Virus record (IMG/VR): IMGVR_UViG_3300025131_000004
Strand: one strand, 5' to 3'
Origin: a virus
Taxonomy: Duplodnaviria; Heunggongvirae; Uroviricota; Caudoviricetes
Length of the DNA stretch: 64,000 nucleotides
In this document: positions 37,392 through 46,666 of the stretch, one piece after another
Numbering within the stretch: position 1 is the first letter of the stretch
How the letters are laid out: every line of letters starts with the position of its first letter
Notes under the pieces: model-generated
Told to the model about the DNA's origin: nothing
The model's input: the letters and a program-made list of their open reading frames with translations, nothing else
Database searches by the model: none
Program-made: the position numbers and the translations under genes

Positions 37392-38006
37392 ATGGATGTC
37401 TTTCAGGCTAAGAAGGAACACAGGTCTTTATATGCAACAGACTTTCAATCAGGGACTGTGGTATGGAGACCTCTGAGCCAAAGAGAATATAGAGCATATA
37501 GAGATCTTGCTTGGCAATCCCCGGAGATGGTTCCTGAAATAGAGGAACAGATCTTTGAGGATTGTGTCCTTGACTCTTCTATACCAGATAGCACAGACCT
37601 TGGCGGCATCGTTACAACCGTCGCCTATCAGGTCATATCTGTATCGGGAGTGATCAATCCGATGCAGGCTCTGGGTCAACTCGCCACCTGGCGAGCAGAG
37701 ATCAATACACTTGATGAGCAGATGGTACTTCTTGTTTGCAAGGCATTCAGGTATACTCCAGAAGAGGTTGAGAAACTAGACTTCCAAGAGTTCCTGAGGC
37801 GTGTTGCCATGGCAGAGGTAATGCTAGGTGCTCTTATCCAAGTTGAAACCGAGGAGGCGCCAGTTGAACAAGGCGTGGACTTTGATAAGGATTCGAAAGA
37901 GCTGAACAAGTTCCGACAGAGAGAGGGCGACGGGTCCGCTCTTGAAGATCGGAAGTCTGCAGCTCTTGACCTTAGGAAGAAATTTCACGCACAACGAGGC
38001 GCTTAA
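37392..38006 (+). CDS. Second tail assembly chaperone (paralog-like)
   Basis: VVWRPLSQREY..IFEDCVL..GIVTTVAYQVISVSG resembles the upstream chaperone domain; precedes the TMP-like gene. Confidence 0.6.
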   Translation: MDVFQAKKEHRSLYATDFQSGTVVWRPLSQREYRAYRDLAWQSPEMVPEIEEQIFEDCVLDSSIPDSTDLGGIVTTVAYQVISVSGVINPMQALGQLATWRAEINTLDEQMVLLVCKAFRYTPEEVEKLDFQEFLRRVAMAEVMLGALIQVETEEAPVEQGVDFDKDSKELNKFRQREGDGSALEDRKSAALDLRKKFHAQRGA

Positions 38007-41000
38007 TGCTAAAGAGACCATTCGTCACAACAGAAGATAACTCCTTCGGCTATCGTTCCACCAACTGGGGTAGGGTCGCAGGCGCAGGTCTGTTTGGGGC
38101 AGGCGTCATAGGCGCTTCACGAATGGATATCTCCATGGACCCGACCAAGCTGTCCTATCTGCATGAGCCTCTTAGGGGTAGATATGTCGGCAAGGGAAAG
38201 GACGCACGTTACTTTCAACCACAAGACTGGTCGAAGATGGCAGGGCGGGCCCCAGGAAGGGTCAGGGGATCCGATGTCATGCTCAACGCTCTCAAGTGGA
38301 GCGAGGAGCAGCTATGGGGAATCCCAAGAACATTTGATCTCTACGCACTAGGCAGCACCCACCTTACAGGGCCCACTGGCAAAGAGGGAGTCCGTCTGGC
38401 TCTCGACCCCCACTATGTAAAAACATTCCAACCTTATCTTGAAAAGGAGATAGGCAAGAGAGTTGATGCAGCGGGCAAGGAGTTCTTCGGCCTTACCACA
38501 AATGAGCTCGCCTATGGGCTGGAGCTTAAAGAGTATAAGACTACAGGCATGTTCGGACAGGCAACCACAGAGGTTGGTCTGTTCGCCGCAAAGCCTGAGG
38601 TCACCGGCGCAAAGGAAGGTCCTATCATGGCACGCGCCAGAGCGATGTCAAGGTATTGGGCGCCTCCTGGCACAGACCCGATCACACATCACAGATCAAG
38701 ACTGGCAGCGACAAGACAAAGAATTCACGGTGTACGCAACGTACCCGCCGCACACGTAAGCAAGGGCCAAGCTCAACAGGGTGTGGTGCATGAGTCTCCT
38801 TGGTTGATCACAGGAGGAAAGAACAGAAGACAGGCATGGGGTCGCAACCTGCATGCCGTAGCCACTGAGCTTTCAAGTAGATACTTCCGCCTGTTGGACG
38901 ATCCGATTGAGGTCATTCATGACTTCATGAGAGGTTCACAGGGAACTATCAATGACCTCTTGCAAAGATCAAAGGACAGCACAAGCTATCAGATCTATGA
39001 GAAGACTTTAAAGAACAGATTTGGTGTAGGTGGGGCAGGAGCGATGGAAGGCGCTGGCCTTGGCCAGCTCTGGGGTCGACATGTGAAGAGAGCCGTTCCT
39101 CTTGTCGCCGGTCTCTACGGTGCCTATTACGGTGTCGGCATGTTCACCAACGCCTTGCTCAACAAGACACCTGGACAACTAGGTCACGCTGCTCATGCCA
39201 GTGCTCACATGATGTACGCCAGAGCTTCTGAGATCACAGGTCTGACAAGACTAGGTGAATGGCAGAGGGAGAAAGCTCCTGGCAGTACAAGCTATATGGG
39301 CTTGGCCGCATTCCCGATGTCGGCATATCTCACAGGAAGTATGCTCGGTTCAATCTATGACAGAGGTGTTGCAAAGGATTGGGCATGGAGATCTGTCCGC
39401 CAAAAGGAGCACTCTCTTCCTGGTTCACTTAGCAGACTTGTAGGTGGAAAGAAGGTCACAAGAGGAAGGCAGTGGGGAATCATGGCAGCGGTCGGAGCAG
39501 CGGCGATGGTCATGCCCTTCCTTCCAGGCGCACTGGGTTCCGAAAAGAGAGTAGATCAACTTCGAGCAGAGTACAGTGGCCAAAGAGAGGTCGCTATAAA
39601 GAAGGGTAGGTTCTGGGAGATGGGTAGGACCCCATACGAAGGAACCAATACGATGTATCACCGCCCGAATGCATATGCTCGTTCCATGATCGACGCTCGA
39701 GAGCACGGTATCTATGGAGACAACCTGGCCAACAGTCCTCTTTCCAAGCTGGCCAATCTCATTGCTGACCCATATTACCTTGAGAAGAAGCATTACCATG
39801 ACAGGCCTTACGCCATCACCGGTCCCGATGACGCCGGGTTTGGTCCTTTGGGCACAATCTATGCCGCAACATTGGGAAAGATCTTTAAGCCCCCTAGGCT
39901 CATGCACACGGACGAGTTGGCTCCAGGGGGGTACGAGGGCAAGGGAACCTTTGCAACGCCCTCAACGGGCGGCTCAGACCCCTCTATGGCCCTCGGTGGC
40001 ACAGGTGGTCCTGCTCCCGACTCTCCATACTCTCTAAGATCTCAGGCAGGAGAATTAGCTTATAGGATCCAAGAGGCCATTGGTCTGCCTGGATTCATGT
40101 TTGGAGCAGTGAAGAAAGAGTTCACTGGTAGTGCTGACATCTTTGATGAGAGGCCACTCTTACAGAGTGCTGCAGATATAACATCTGTAAGGAGGGAGTA
40201 CTGGGATCTGAACCTTGGTGGTGCAGGTACTGCCTCTGAAGCCTACCGTCGTTTCAATCCATCCAAACGTTTCCAGATAGAGGAGATGAACCCTCTTCCG
40301 AACACCATGCCTTCATGGATGCCAGGCTCTGGTCACTATATCAACTTCCAGACAGGTGATCCTTATACAAAGGTGCCAGAGGGTGAGCTAAGATTACCTG
40401 GCCCAGGCTTTGAGCATAGGTATGCTGAATTGAAGGGCACGGATATGGAAGATTATCCTCTGGCATACAAGTTCAAGATCCTTGCAGATGTCGCTCCTTA
40501 TAGCAAGGAGTTCAGAGACGTGAGGTCTAAGATCGGTGGGGCGATCGGCCGTGGTTCGCTTACAGAAGAACAAGAGCAGATGGTCGGTGAGACCCTTAGA
40601 CAGATCAGAGAGAAGGAGGAGGGTAGGCAGTTTACAGACAGAGAGGGTCAAGGCATCATGGGCAGTCTTTGGGGAGCGATGGTAAGAGTTGGCAGGGCCA
40701 ACCCCATGGAACAGATCATTCCCTTCTCTCCTGTTCACAAGTTTTCTGGCGGGACAGATGTCAATACTGCGTACGCTGGAGAGCGTGTATATAGTACAGA
40801 TTATCCCTCATGGTTCCGTCCTATAGAACACTTCATCAGTCCAGCGGTGCACTCAGCTGGAAGACTCTTTGGTATCAATGCCATCCCAGGAATGGAGCAG
40901 GAACGAAGAGATATTCAAAAGCACTTCGATATGCTTGAGTATGTAAAGCAGAGAAATCTTGAAGGACAGTTCAGACAGACAGGACAAGGAAGGGCTGCTG

Positions 41001-41767
41001 CTCACTCAGGTCGGCGTGCAGAGTCTACAAAGTTTGGAGCAGACCCATACGGAAAGAGATCGTCTGTTGAGAAGGTCTTGGATAAAAGAGACAGAGAATA
41101 TATCCGTGCCATGTTCGACCTGTCCACACCAAGAGAGCAGAAGAAGGCCATGTCTCTGGTAGACGAGCAGAGCAAGGGTATCCTTGAAGCTCAGTATCAG
41201 AAGCAGTTGATGGCCCAAATTGTTTCCCAACGAAACATCACAGATGGCCAGAAGGGCTTGATGGACCACATCGAGTTCATGAGATCGACAGAAGGAAGAG
41301 AGGCTACAGAGGAAAACTGGGACGAATATGAAAGAGCGAAGGCGGATGACCAGTGGGCAGGTAACCAGTTCTCTGACTTCCTGAGAATGAAAGAGGCTCA
41401 GAAGCACTTCTCGGAGAAGGGACTTCCTGGGGGTGACTGGGTAGGTTGGAGACCAGACGTAGATCTAGAGGACATAAAGCTGAAGTTTGTCATGGAGGAG
41501 GGAAAGGACTTTCACGACTTTGGTCTGTGGGAGACACAGGTAAGAGACCTGGCAAGGAAGCCTTACATAGATGATGCCGTGGATGAGATGAGAAATGCAG
41601 GATCCTCAGACGCAGAGGGTCAAATCTTTAAGATGCTCAGTGCTAGCGGACATGTTAATATTGATGTCAGTTCAAACCCTTCGCCATATGACAGAGCGAG
41701 TGTAAGCGTTGATCAAGACAATACGGAAGAGATTGAAAGGTATATGAACAGGATGGGTCTACTCTAA
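38006..41767 (+). CDS. Tape-measure-like / ejected tail-core protein
   Basis: 1253 aa right after the chaperones; Gly/Ala-rich helical stretches with hydrophobic segments (PLVAGLYGAYYGVGMF; GIMAAVGAAAMVMPFL). Confidence 0.5.
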   Translation: MLKRPFVTTEDNSFGYRSTNWGRVAGAGLFGAGVIGASRMDISMDPTKLSYLHEPLRGRYVGKGKDARYFQPQDWSKMAGRAPGRVRGSDVMLNALKWSEEQLWGIPRTFDLYALGSTHLTGPTGKEGVRLALDPHYVKTFQPYLEKEIGKRVDAAGKEFFGLTTNELAYGLELKEYKTTGMFGQATTEVGLFAAKPEVTGAKEGPIMARARAMSRYWAPPGTDPITHHRSRLAATRQRIHGVRNVPAAHVSKGQAQQGVVHESPWLITGGKNRRQAWGRNLHAVATELSSRYFRLLDDPIEVIHDFMRGSQGTINDLLQRSKDSTSYQIYEKTLKNRFGVGGAGAMEGAGLGQLWGRHVKRAVPLVAGLYGAYYGVGMFTNALLNKTPGQLGHAAHASAHMMYARASEITGLTRLGEWQREKAPGSTSYMGLAAFPMSAYLTGSMLGSIYDRGVAKDWAWRSVRQKEHSLPGSLSRLVGGKKVTRGRQWGIMAAVGAAAMVMPFLPGALGSEKRVDQLRAEYSGQREVAIKKGRFWEMGRTPYEGTNTMYHRPNAYARSMIDAREHGIYGDNLANSPLSKLANLIADPYYLEKKHYHDRPYAITGPDDAGFGPLGTIYAATLGKIFKPPRLMHTDELAPGGYEGKGTFATPSTGGSDPSMALGGTGGPAPDSPYSLRSQAGELAYRIQEAIGLPGFMFGAVKKEFTGSADIFDERPLLQSAADITSVRREYWDLNLGGAGTASEAYRRFNPSKRFQIEEMNPLPNTMPSWMPGSGHYINFQTGDPYTKVPEGELRLPGPGFEHRYAELKGTDMEDYPLAYKFKILADVAPYSKEFRDVRSKIGGAIGRGSLTEEQEQMVGETLRQIREKEEGRQFTDREGQGIMGSLWGAMVRVGRANPMEQIIPFSPVHKFSGGTDVNTAYAGERVYSTDYPSWFRPIEHFISPAVHSAGRLFGINAIPGMEQERRDIQKHFDMLEYVKQRNLEGQFRQTGQGRAAAHSGRRAESTKFGADPYGKRSSVEKVLDKRDREYIRAMFDLSTPREQKKAMSLVDEQSKGILEAQYQKQLMAQIVSQRNITDGQKGLMDHIEFMRSTEGREATEENWDEYERAKADDQWAGNQFSDFLRMKEAQKHFSEKGLPGGDWVGWRPDVDLEDIKLKFVMEEGKDFHDFGLWETQVRDLARKPYIDDAVDEMRNAGSSDAEGQIFKMLSASGHVNIDVSSNPSPYDRASVSVDQDNTEEIERYMNRMGLL

Positions 41768-44700
41768 ATGAAATACGATACACAACGAGACTTTGTCTCT
41801 GACTATCTGGCTCCTGGCATGGCGCTGTCTGGCTTTGGTTACATGGGCTATGCCGGGTTCAGTACGATGGATTACAATGCTTTCGCTGCTCCATGGAGAA
41901 AGGCGAAAGATACCATGAGTCTTTTTGGTGGACTTTCCGCATTTCACAGACGACGTCCTGGTCCCGTCATGGGAGCAAGCGAAGCTGCGGTTCTAGCGGG
42001 GGAACTTTTTGCACCGAGCGGTGCCAAGATCTCGGAGCGGTGGTGGACCGGCAGGTCGCGCGCTCGCGCTGCCTGGTCTCTCGCCTCTCGTAAGTTCGGT
42101 GGTGCGACAGACATAGGAAAGTTTGAAGACGTCAAGTCCTTGGGTAAGTATTTAGAAAGCAGACCTGAGTTCTCGGGCACAGTCTCCTCATACATGAATC
42201 GCCTGACAGCCTCAGGAGCGACACTTGAATCGAACAAGGGCATAGCTCAGATTCCTGGTCTTCATAAGTCAAGCGCAGCAAAATGGACACGTATCAACAA
42301 AGGAAAGAAGATCACGGCAGACGTATTGGCCAAGCAAGGTCTTTCTGGAAGAGCAGATTTGGCTACAGCTATCAACGCTTTGGCAGAGACCATGGGAAAG
42401 GGAACAACGGTTTCTCTTGGCAAGCACGCCCAACACAACATGGCCTCATCCATTCGATTCAGAACCAACAAGTCTTTGATCGAACTTCCTCTTACAGTAT
42501 TCATGGGAGGCAGCGACAAAGGGGCTACCATGTTCTTGGGCAAGCATGGCAGCCAGGTTGTCACTCCAAGGATGGTTCAGAGAGCAGGGGAGGTAATGCC
42601 ATTCCTAGCAACAATCAAGGACAGCATGAAACCGATTCCTCTTACTCCTCCACCTGGCATGACAAAGCATTTGGATGTCTACATGATGGAAAAGATGAGA
42701 GAGGAGTATGGGCGCTTGCAGGGTGGTACAAGCAGGCAGAACTATCATAGCGCAGAGGCTCTAAAGAGAGAGATCTTGAACGAAGTGATCTTCGAGTCCA
42801 ATGACCTTGGTAACAGAACCGTCGATGACCTTGCTCATGGGTTCCGAGGACACAGGGTTCGAAGTGAGGTCAAGGTGGTAGAGACCGGCCTGTTGGCGGA
42901 GAGGGGTCTCGAATGGAACCAGAGAGCCTATGTTGAAGGCTTCTCCAGATGGGGCAAGGATGTCATCTCGTCTCCTCAGGCGATTGAGAAGAACGTCTTC
43001 CTCAATCCAGATGCCAACTGGAACAGGTTTTCGTTCACGGGTGCGTATTCTCAAGCACGACCAGACCAGCTCGCAAGAGAGCTTAGGCTTAGGAAAGGGC
43101 CAGCAGGTTTGAATCTATCTGCTTACGCTTCCTCTATTGGAAGAGCGGCGATCGGCCAGGAGCTGAAAGACCCAGAGATGGCCTTGAGAGTCGTGTCTGT
43201 ATCCCAAGACGCTTGGGGTCATATCGCGGGGATGGAGGGACTTGGCTCTGATGTCTCAAGGATTGGGGCCGAGGAGTTCTTGGGTTCCAATAGAATGAGA
43301 AGTGCTGAGTTTGAGAAGGCATTCTCTCACTCTATTGACCTCACTCATCCACAGGTCGGTGAAAAGACATCAAGGATAATGGCAATGATGCGAACAGATG
43401 CCGAGTTGTCACAGGCTGTCGCAAACAATACTTTGTGGGAGTATATCAAGCAGGCTCCGAACGAGGCTCAGCTTACTGACATGTTTACACTCCGCCAGGG
43501 AGAGCTTCTTGGCTTCTCTTCAGGATCAGAGTTTATCGAAGGCTCTAGATACGGTGGAGTGCAACGAGTGGAGAACGTCAAGTTCGTACAGGGGACACTG
43601 CCTTCTGGTGAGGTAGGCCCTGTGTCGTTGCAGCTTGGTGGAAGTGAGATTCACAATGTAGATGTTGGAATGAAGTTCCAAGGAACCAAGTACTCGAAGA
43701 AGACCGTCAAGGGATTCATGAGGCACAGGGAGTTCCAGAGGAGATCTGCCATGGCGCTCGCTCTTTCAGAAGCGATGGCGACATCACAGATCAGACAAGG
43801 CAACGAGGCGGTCATCTCTATTCAGGGCATGTCCAACAAGTTGTTCAAGCGGAGACTCACTGGTGGGTATACCTTCAGAAGCCGGACGCAGGGTCGTGAG
43901 TACATGAGAAGAGTCGCTGGTTCAAGCTTCCTTACCACAGAGGGCGCAAAGGCTATCGGAGGAGCGAACTTCGACGAGTGGTCGTTTGCTCTTGGTAACG
44001 AGATCAGCATGCGTATGCAGCAAGGCCCGCAGGGCCAGATGACAAAGACTCAGTGGCAGAGCGCAATGGCATTGGCTGAGGAGACTCTCTACGGAAAGCG
44101 CATGGGAGATCCCCTCTTTACAAAGACTGACAAGTACGGTGTCGCTGGGCAGATGATTCGAAACGAGGGATCAGATCCAATCAAGGTACGAAATGCGCTC
44201 CTTCGTGCAGGCACAGATTTGGGGATCATCGATGCACGACAGGCTGGAACAACACTTGATGCTTTGATGAGCACGAATGCGAATGTTTCATCTCGCGCAT
44301 GGGAGGGCATGGGAAAGAGATACGGTGAGGTTGGTGTATGGAATGTTCAGGCTGCAGCGCAGGGTACTCCCGAGATGCTTGGTGCGTTTACTCGAGGCTC
44401 AGCAGATGAGAGAGTGATCAATGCGTTCAGGATGCAAGGAATGGGCGAGGTTGCAGAGTCTATCCTTGAGGGCACAAGCGGGAAGGCAGAGAGCCTTGCA
44501 GACAACATGAAGATCATGTCCATGTCTGGAACGCAGCGCCCAGACAATGTCGTTCATGTTGATGAGCTTACCGGCTCTGTTCGTGAGAGGTTCTTCTCAG
44601 CAGATCCCTCTGTGAGACGCGGAGCTCTAGAACAACTTGGCGTGGCAGGAGAAGAGTTCGCCATCGATCTTGGTTCCACGTTCGAGGTTCCTACAGGAGT

Positions 44701-46663
44701 AGGAGACAAGACTCGAGGTGTTCGTTACCTCAGGCCTGGCATGCATCAGTCAGGTCATGTCGGAGCCTATGCCACAGACGCAGAGAAGACAGTGCTAAAG
44801 AGCATGGATGCTTCTTTGAATAGGGTCTTGAGCGGTGCCGCCGGACTTGGGCCTGACCCAGGTGATTATGCAGAGGGCGTTGCTCAAGACCTAGGTGAAT
44901 ACTTTGGCTCTGTCAGAGATGCGACGATGGGAAAGAGGATGGCAGGTAAGCATGCCTTCGCAGGTCCTCTGGAGAACTCTGTTCAGCTTCAGCTTCAGTC
45001 TAGCCTTGAGGGAATCGCAGGGGGCGACTTAAGAGGTTTCGTTCCTGGGACCGGACCTGTCGAGAACGTTCCAATCGGAAAGAAGAGTATGCCAAATGCG
45101 TTCGTTCTAAAGAACGAGACCGCTCATAAGTTCTTCAACCTGTCGAAAGAAGAGAGTGCAGCCTTCAAGAAGGGAGGAAGCGCAGGCAGAGTTCTTAAAG
45201 GACATATCTACGGGACGATACATCGTCAACCTATCGAAGGCCTGTATCGTGCAGCGGTGACCAGGTTCGCCAGCGCCGAAAGGATCATGGATGACCACTC
45301 TGTATCCACAGAGGTCAGGAACAGCGCGAGCAGAGTCAGCAGAGCACAGGTCTTTGCAGACGAGCACTTCCTTGCTGCTCTTGGTGGCGACTTCGATGCT
45401 GACCAGGTCTATCTTCATGCGCTCGATCCAAATAAGAAGAAGGCCTATGCGCTCGCCCACTCTGTTACAGAAGGGTCTATCGCAGCAAGGACATCTACGG
45501 TTGAAGAGGTAGGCAGCCTTGTACAGACCACATTGGCTGAGCACGGCTTCACGGATGCACCAACGATCCGTCGCGCAACGAACATGTCCATAGCTCAACA
45601 TGAATATCAAAAGACTCAAATGACAATTCAAGAGTCTCTGAAGAAGAGCTCCAAGGCCGTGTATAATACTGCCGAGGTATTCACACCCGGCTCTTCCGGA
45701 TTCCAAAAGAGAATGGCGGCTCGCTATACAGAGGCCTTCCTTGAGAAGCAGATGGTAGGTAACATCTCCAATGTATCCAACATCGCTCTCAGAGCATATG
45801 CAGGAGAGACGACAAGCCCTAAGAACATCAGGAAGGCAGGCTCTCTTCTTCACAACCTGACAGAGCGTATCATCAAGGCAAAGTACGTTGGAGACAAAGA
45901 GATTGCAAGCGGCGCAAAGTCTGCCTCAAGAGCAGTGGATATCTTAAGAAGAGGAGACGTGGGAAGATTACAAGAGTTCAAGGACATCGTTACGAACCTG
46001 ATGCCCTCAGACGGAACACCAACAGGAGACAAGGCCTTGGAGGACATGTTGTCTGTTGCTGATGATATACTTGCTGCCACCAGTCGATTCCAGGTAGACA
46101 ATCCAGAGCTCAGAACAATGAAGCTGTTCTCAAAGAAGAACGCTTCCGTAGAGGACCTCTTCAAGTTGTCGGATGAGCTGAGAAGGACTGGTAACATGCA
46201 CCCTGCCGCTCAGTACATTCAAGAGGCTGCGGGGGGCAAGGTCAAGAGTGGATTGGCCATGGCAGCAAGAAGTGTCAAGACAAACCTTGGCCAGTTGGTC
46301 AGTCACTTCAAACCCCATGCGAAGTGGGGGGCGATCGGGATAGGTGCAGGTCTTGTTACAAGCATGGCACTTGGCGACCCAGGACACTTGAATGCCAGGA
46401 TGGATTCTCAGGACGAGGCAAGAAGAATGACCTCACCGACAGGAGGGCAACCAAGCACTCCTGCGCCAGGGCCTCAGACTGCCAGAGTTACACCGGGAAG
46501 AGAAGTTCAGGTCAATGCTGTTGCTCAAAAGAGACTTGCCAATTACAATGTAGGTCGTAACCTTGGCGCCCTTCTTGGCCCAGGCACATCAACAAACGTT
46601 ACAATGAATGATCACAGGTCACACGTAGATGAGGATTACATCATGAAGAGAATGGGGATTTAA
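41768..46663 (+). CDS. Putative single-chain two-barrel (beta/beta'-like) virion RNA polymerase
   Basis: Beta-like: GAEEFLGSNR, LRQGELLG, VGMKFQGTKYSKKTV (K636/K644), EAVISIQGMSNKL. Beta'-like: GSVRDATMGKR, VLKNETAHKFF, HRQP, AALGGDFDADQVYLH (D1208/D1210/D1212). All are collinear with RpoB-RpoC. Confidence 0.78.
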   Translation: MKYDTQRDFVSDYLAPGMALSGFGYMGYAGFSTMDYNAFAAPWRKAKDTMSLFGGLSAFHRRRPGPVMGASEAAVLAGELFAPSGAKISERWWTGRSRARAAWSLASRKFGGATDIGKFEDVKSLGKYLESRPEFSGTVSSYMNRLTASGATLESNKGIAQIPGLHKSSAAKWTRINKGKKITADVLAKQGLSGRADLATAINALAETMGKGTTVSLGKHAQHNMASSIRFRTNKSLIELPLTVFMGGSDKGATMFLGKHGSQVVTPRMVQRAGEVMPFLATIKDSMKPIPLTPPPGMTKHLDVYMMEKMREEYGRLQGGTSRQNYHSAEALKREILNEVIFESNDLGNRTVDDLAHGFRGHRVRSEVKVVETGLLAERGLEWNQRAYVEGFSRWGKDVISSPQAIEKNVFLNPDANWNRFSFTGAYSQARPDQLARELRLRKGPAGLNLSAYASSIGRAAIGQELKDPEMALRVVSVSQDAWGHIAGMEGLGSDVSRIGAEEFLGSNRMRSAEFEKAFSHSIDLTHPQVGEKTSRIMAMMRTDAELSQAVANNTLWEYIKQAPNEAQLTDMFTLRQGELLGFSSGSEFIEGSRYGGVQRVENVKFVQGTLPSGEVGPVSLQLGGSEIHNVDVGMKFQGTKYSKKTVKGFMRHREFQRRSAMALALSEAMATSQIRQGNEAVISIQGMSNKLFKRRLTGGYTFRSRTQGREYMRRVAGSSFLTTEGAKAIGGANFDEWSFALGNEISMRMQQGPQGQMTKTQWQSAMALAEETLYGKRMGDPLFTKTDKYGVAGQMIRNEGSDPIKVRNALLRAGTDLGIIDARQAGTTLDALMSTNANVSSRAWEGMGKRYGEVGVWNVQAAAQGTPEMLGAFTRGSADERVINAFRMQGMGEVAESILEGTSGKAESLADNMKIMSMSGTQRPDNVVHVDELTGSVRERFFSADPSVRRGALEQLGVAGEEFAIDLGSTFEVPTGVGDKTRGVRYLRPGMHQSGHVGAYATDAEKTVLKSMDASLNRVLSGAAGLGPDPGDYAEGVAQDLGEYFGSVRDATMGKRMAGKHAFAGPLENSVQLQLQSSLEGIAGGDLRGFVPGTGPVENVPIGKKSMPNAFVLKNETAHKFFNLSKEESAAFKKGGSAGRVLKGHIYGTIHRQPIEGLYRAAVTRFASAERIMDDHSVSTEVRNSASRVSRAQVFADEHFLAALGGDFDADQVYLHALDPNKKKAYALAHSVTEGSIAARTSTVEEVGSLVQTTLAEHGFTDAPTIRRATNMSIAQHEYQKTQMTIQESLKKSSKAVYNTAEVFTPGSSGFQKRMAARYTEAFLEKQMVGNISNVSNIALRAYAGETTSPKNIRKAGSLLHNLTERIIKAKYVGDKEIASGAKSASRAVDILRRGDVGRLQEFKDIVTNLMPSDGTPTGDKALEDMLSVADDILAATSRFQVDNPELRTMKLFSKKNASVEDLFKLSDELRRTGNMHPAAQYIQEAAGGKVKSGLAMAARSVKTNLGQLVSHFKPHAKWGAIGIGAGLVTSMALGDPGHLNARMDSQDEARRMTSPTGGQPSTPAPGPQTARVTPGREVQVNAVAQKRLANYNVGRNLGALLGPGTSTNVTMNDHRSHVDEDYIMKRMGI

Positions 46664-46666
46664 TTA

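Noticed and set aside
41768-46663. Plain tape measure protein call for the 1631-aa ORF
   Set aside because: Collinear RNAP motifs and mixed alpha/beta character argue against it. The upstream 1253-aa gene is the better tape-measure candidate.
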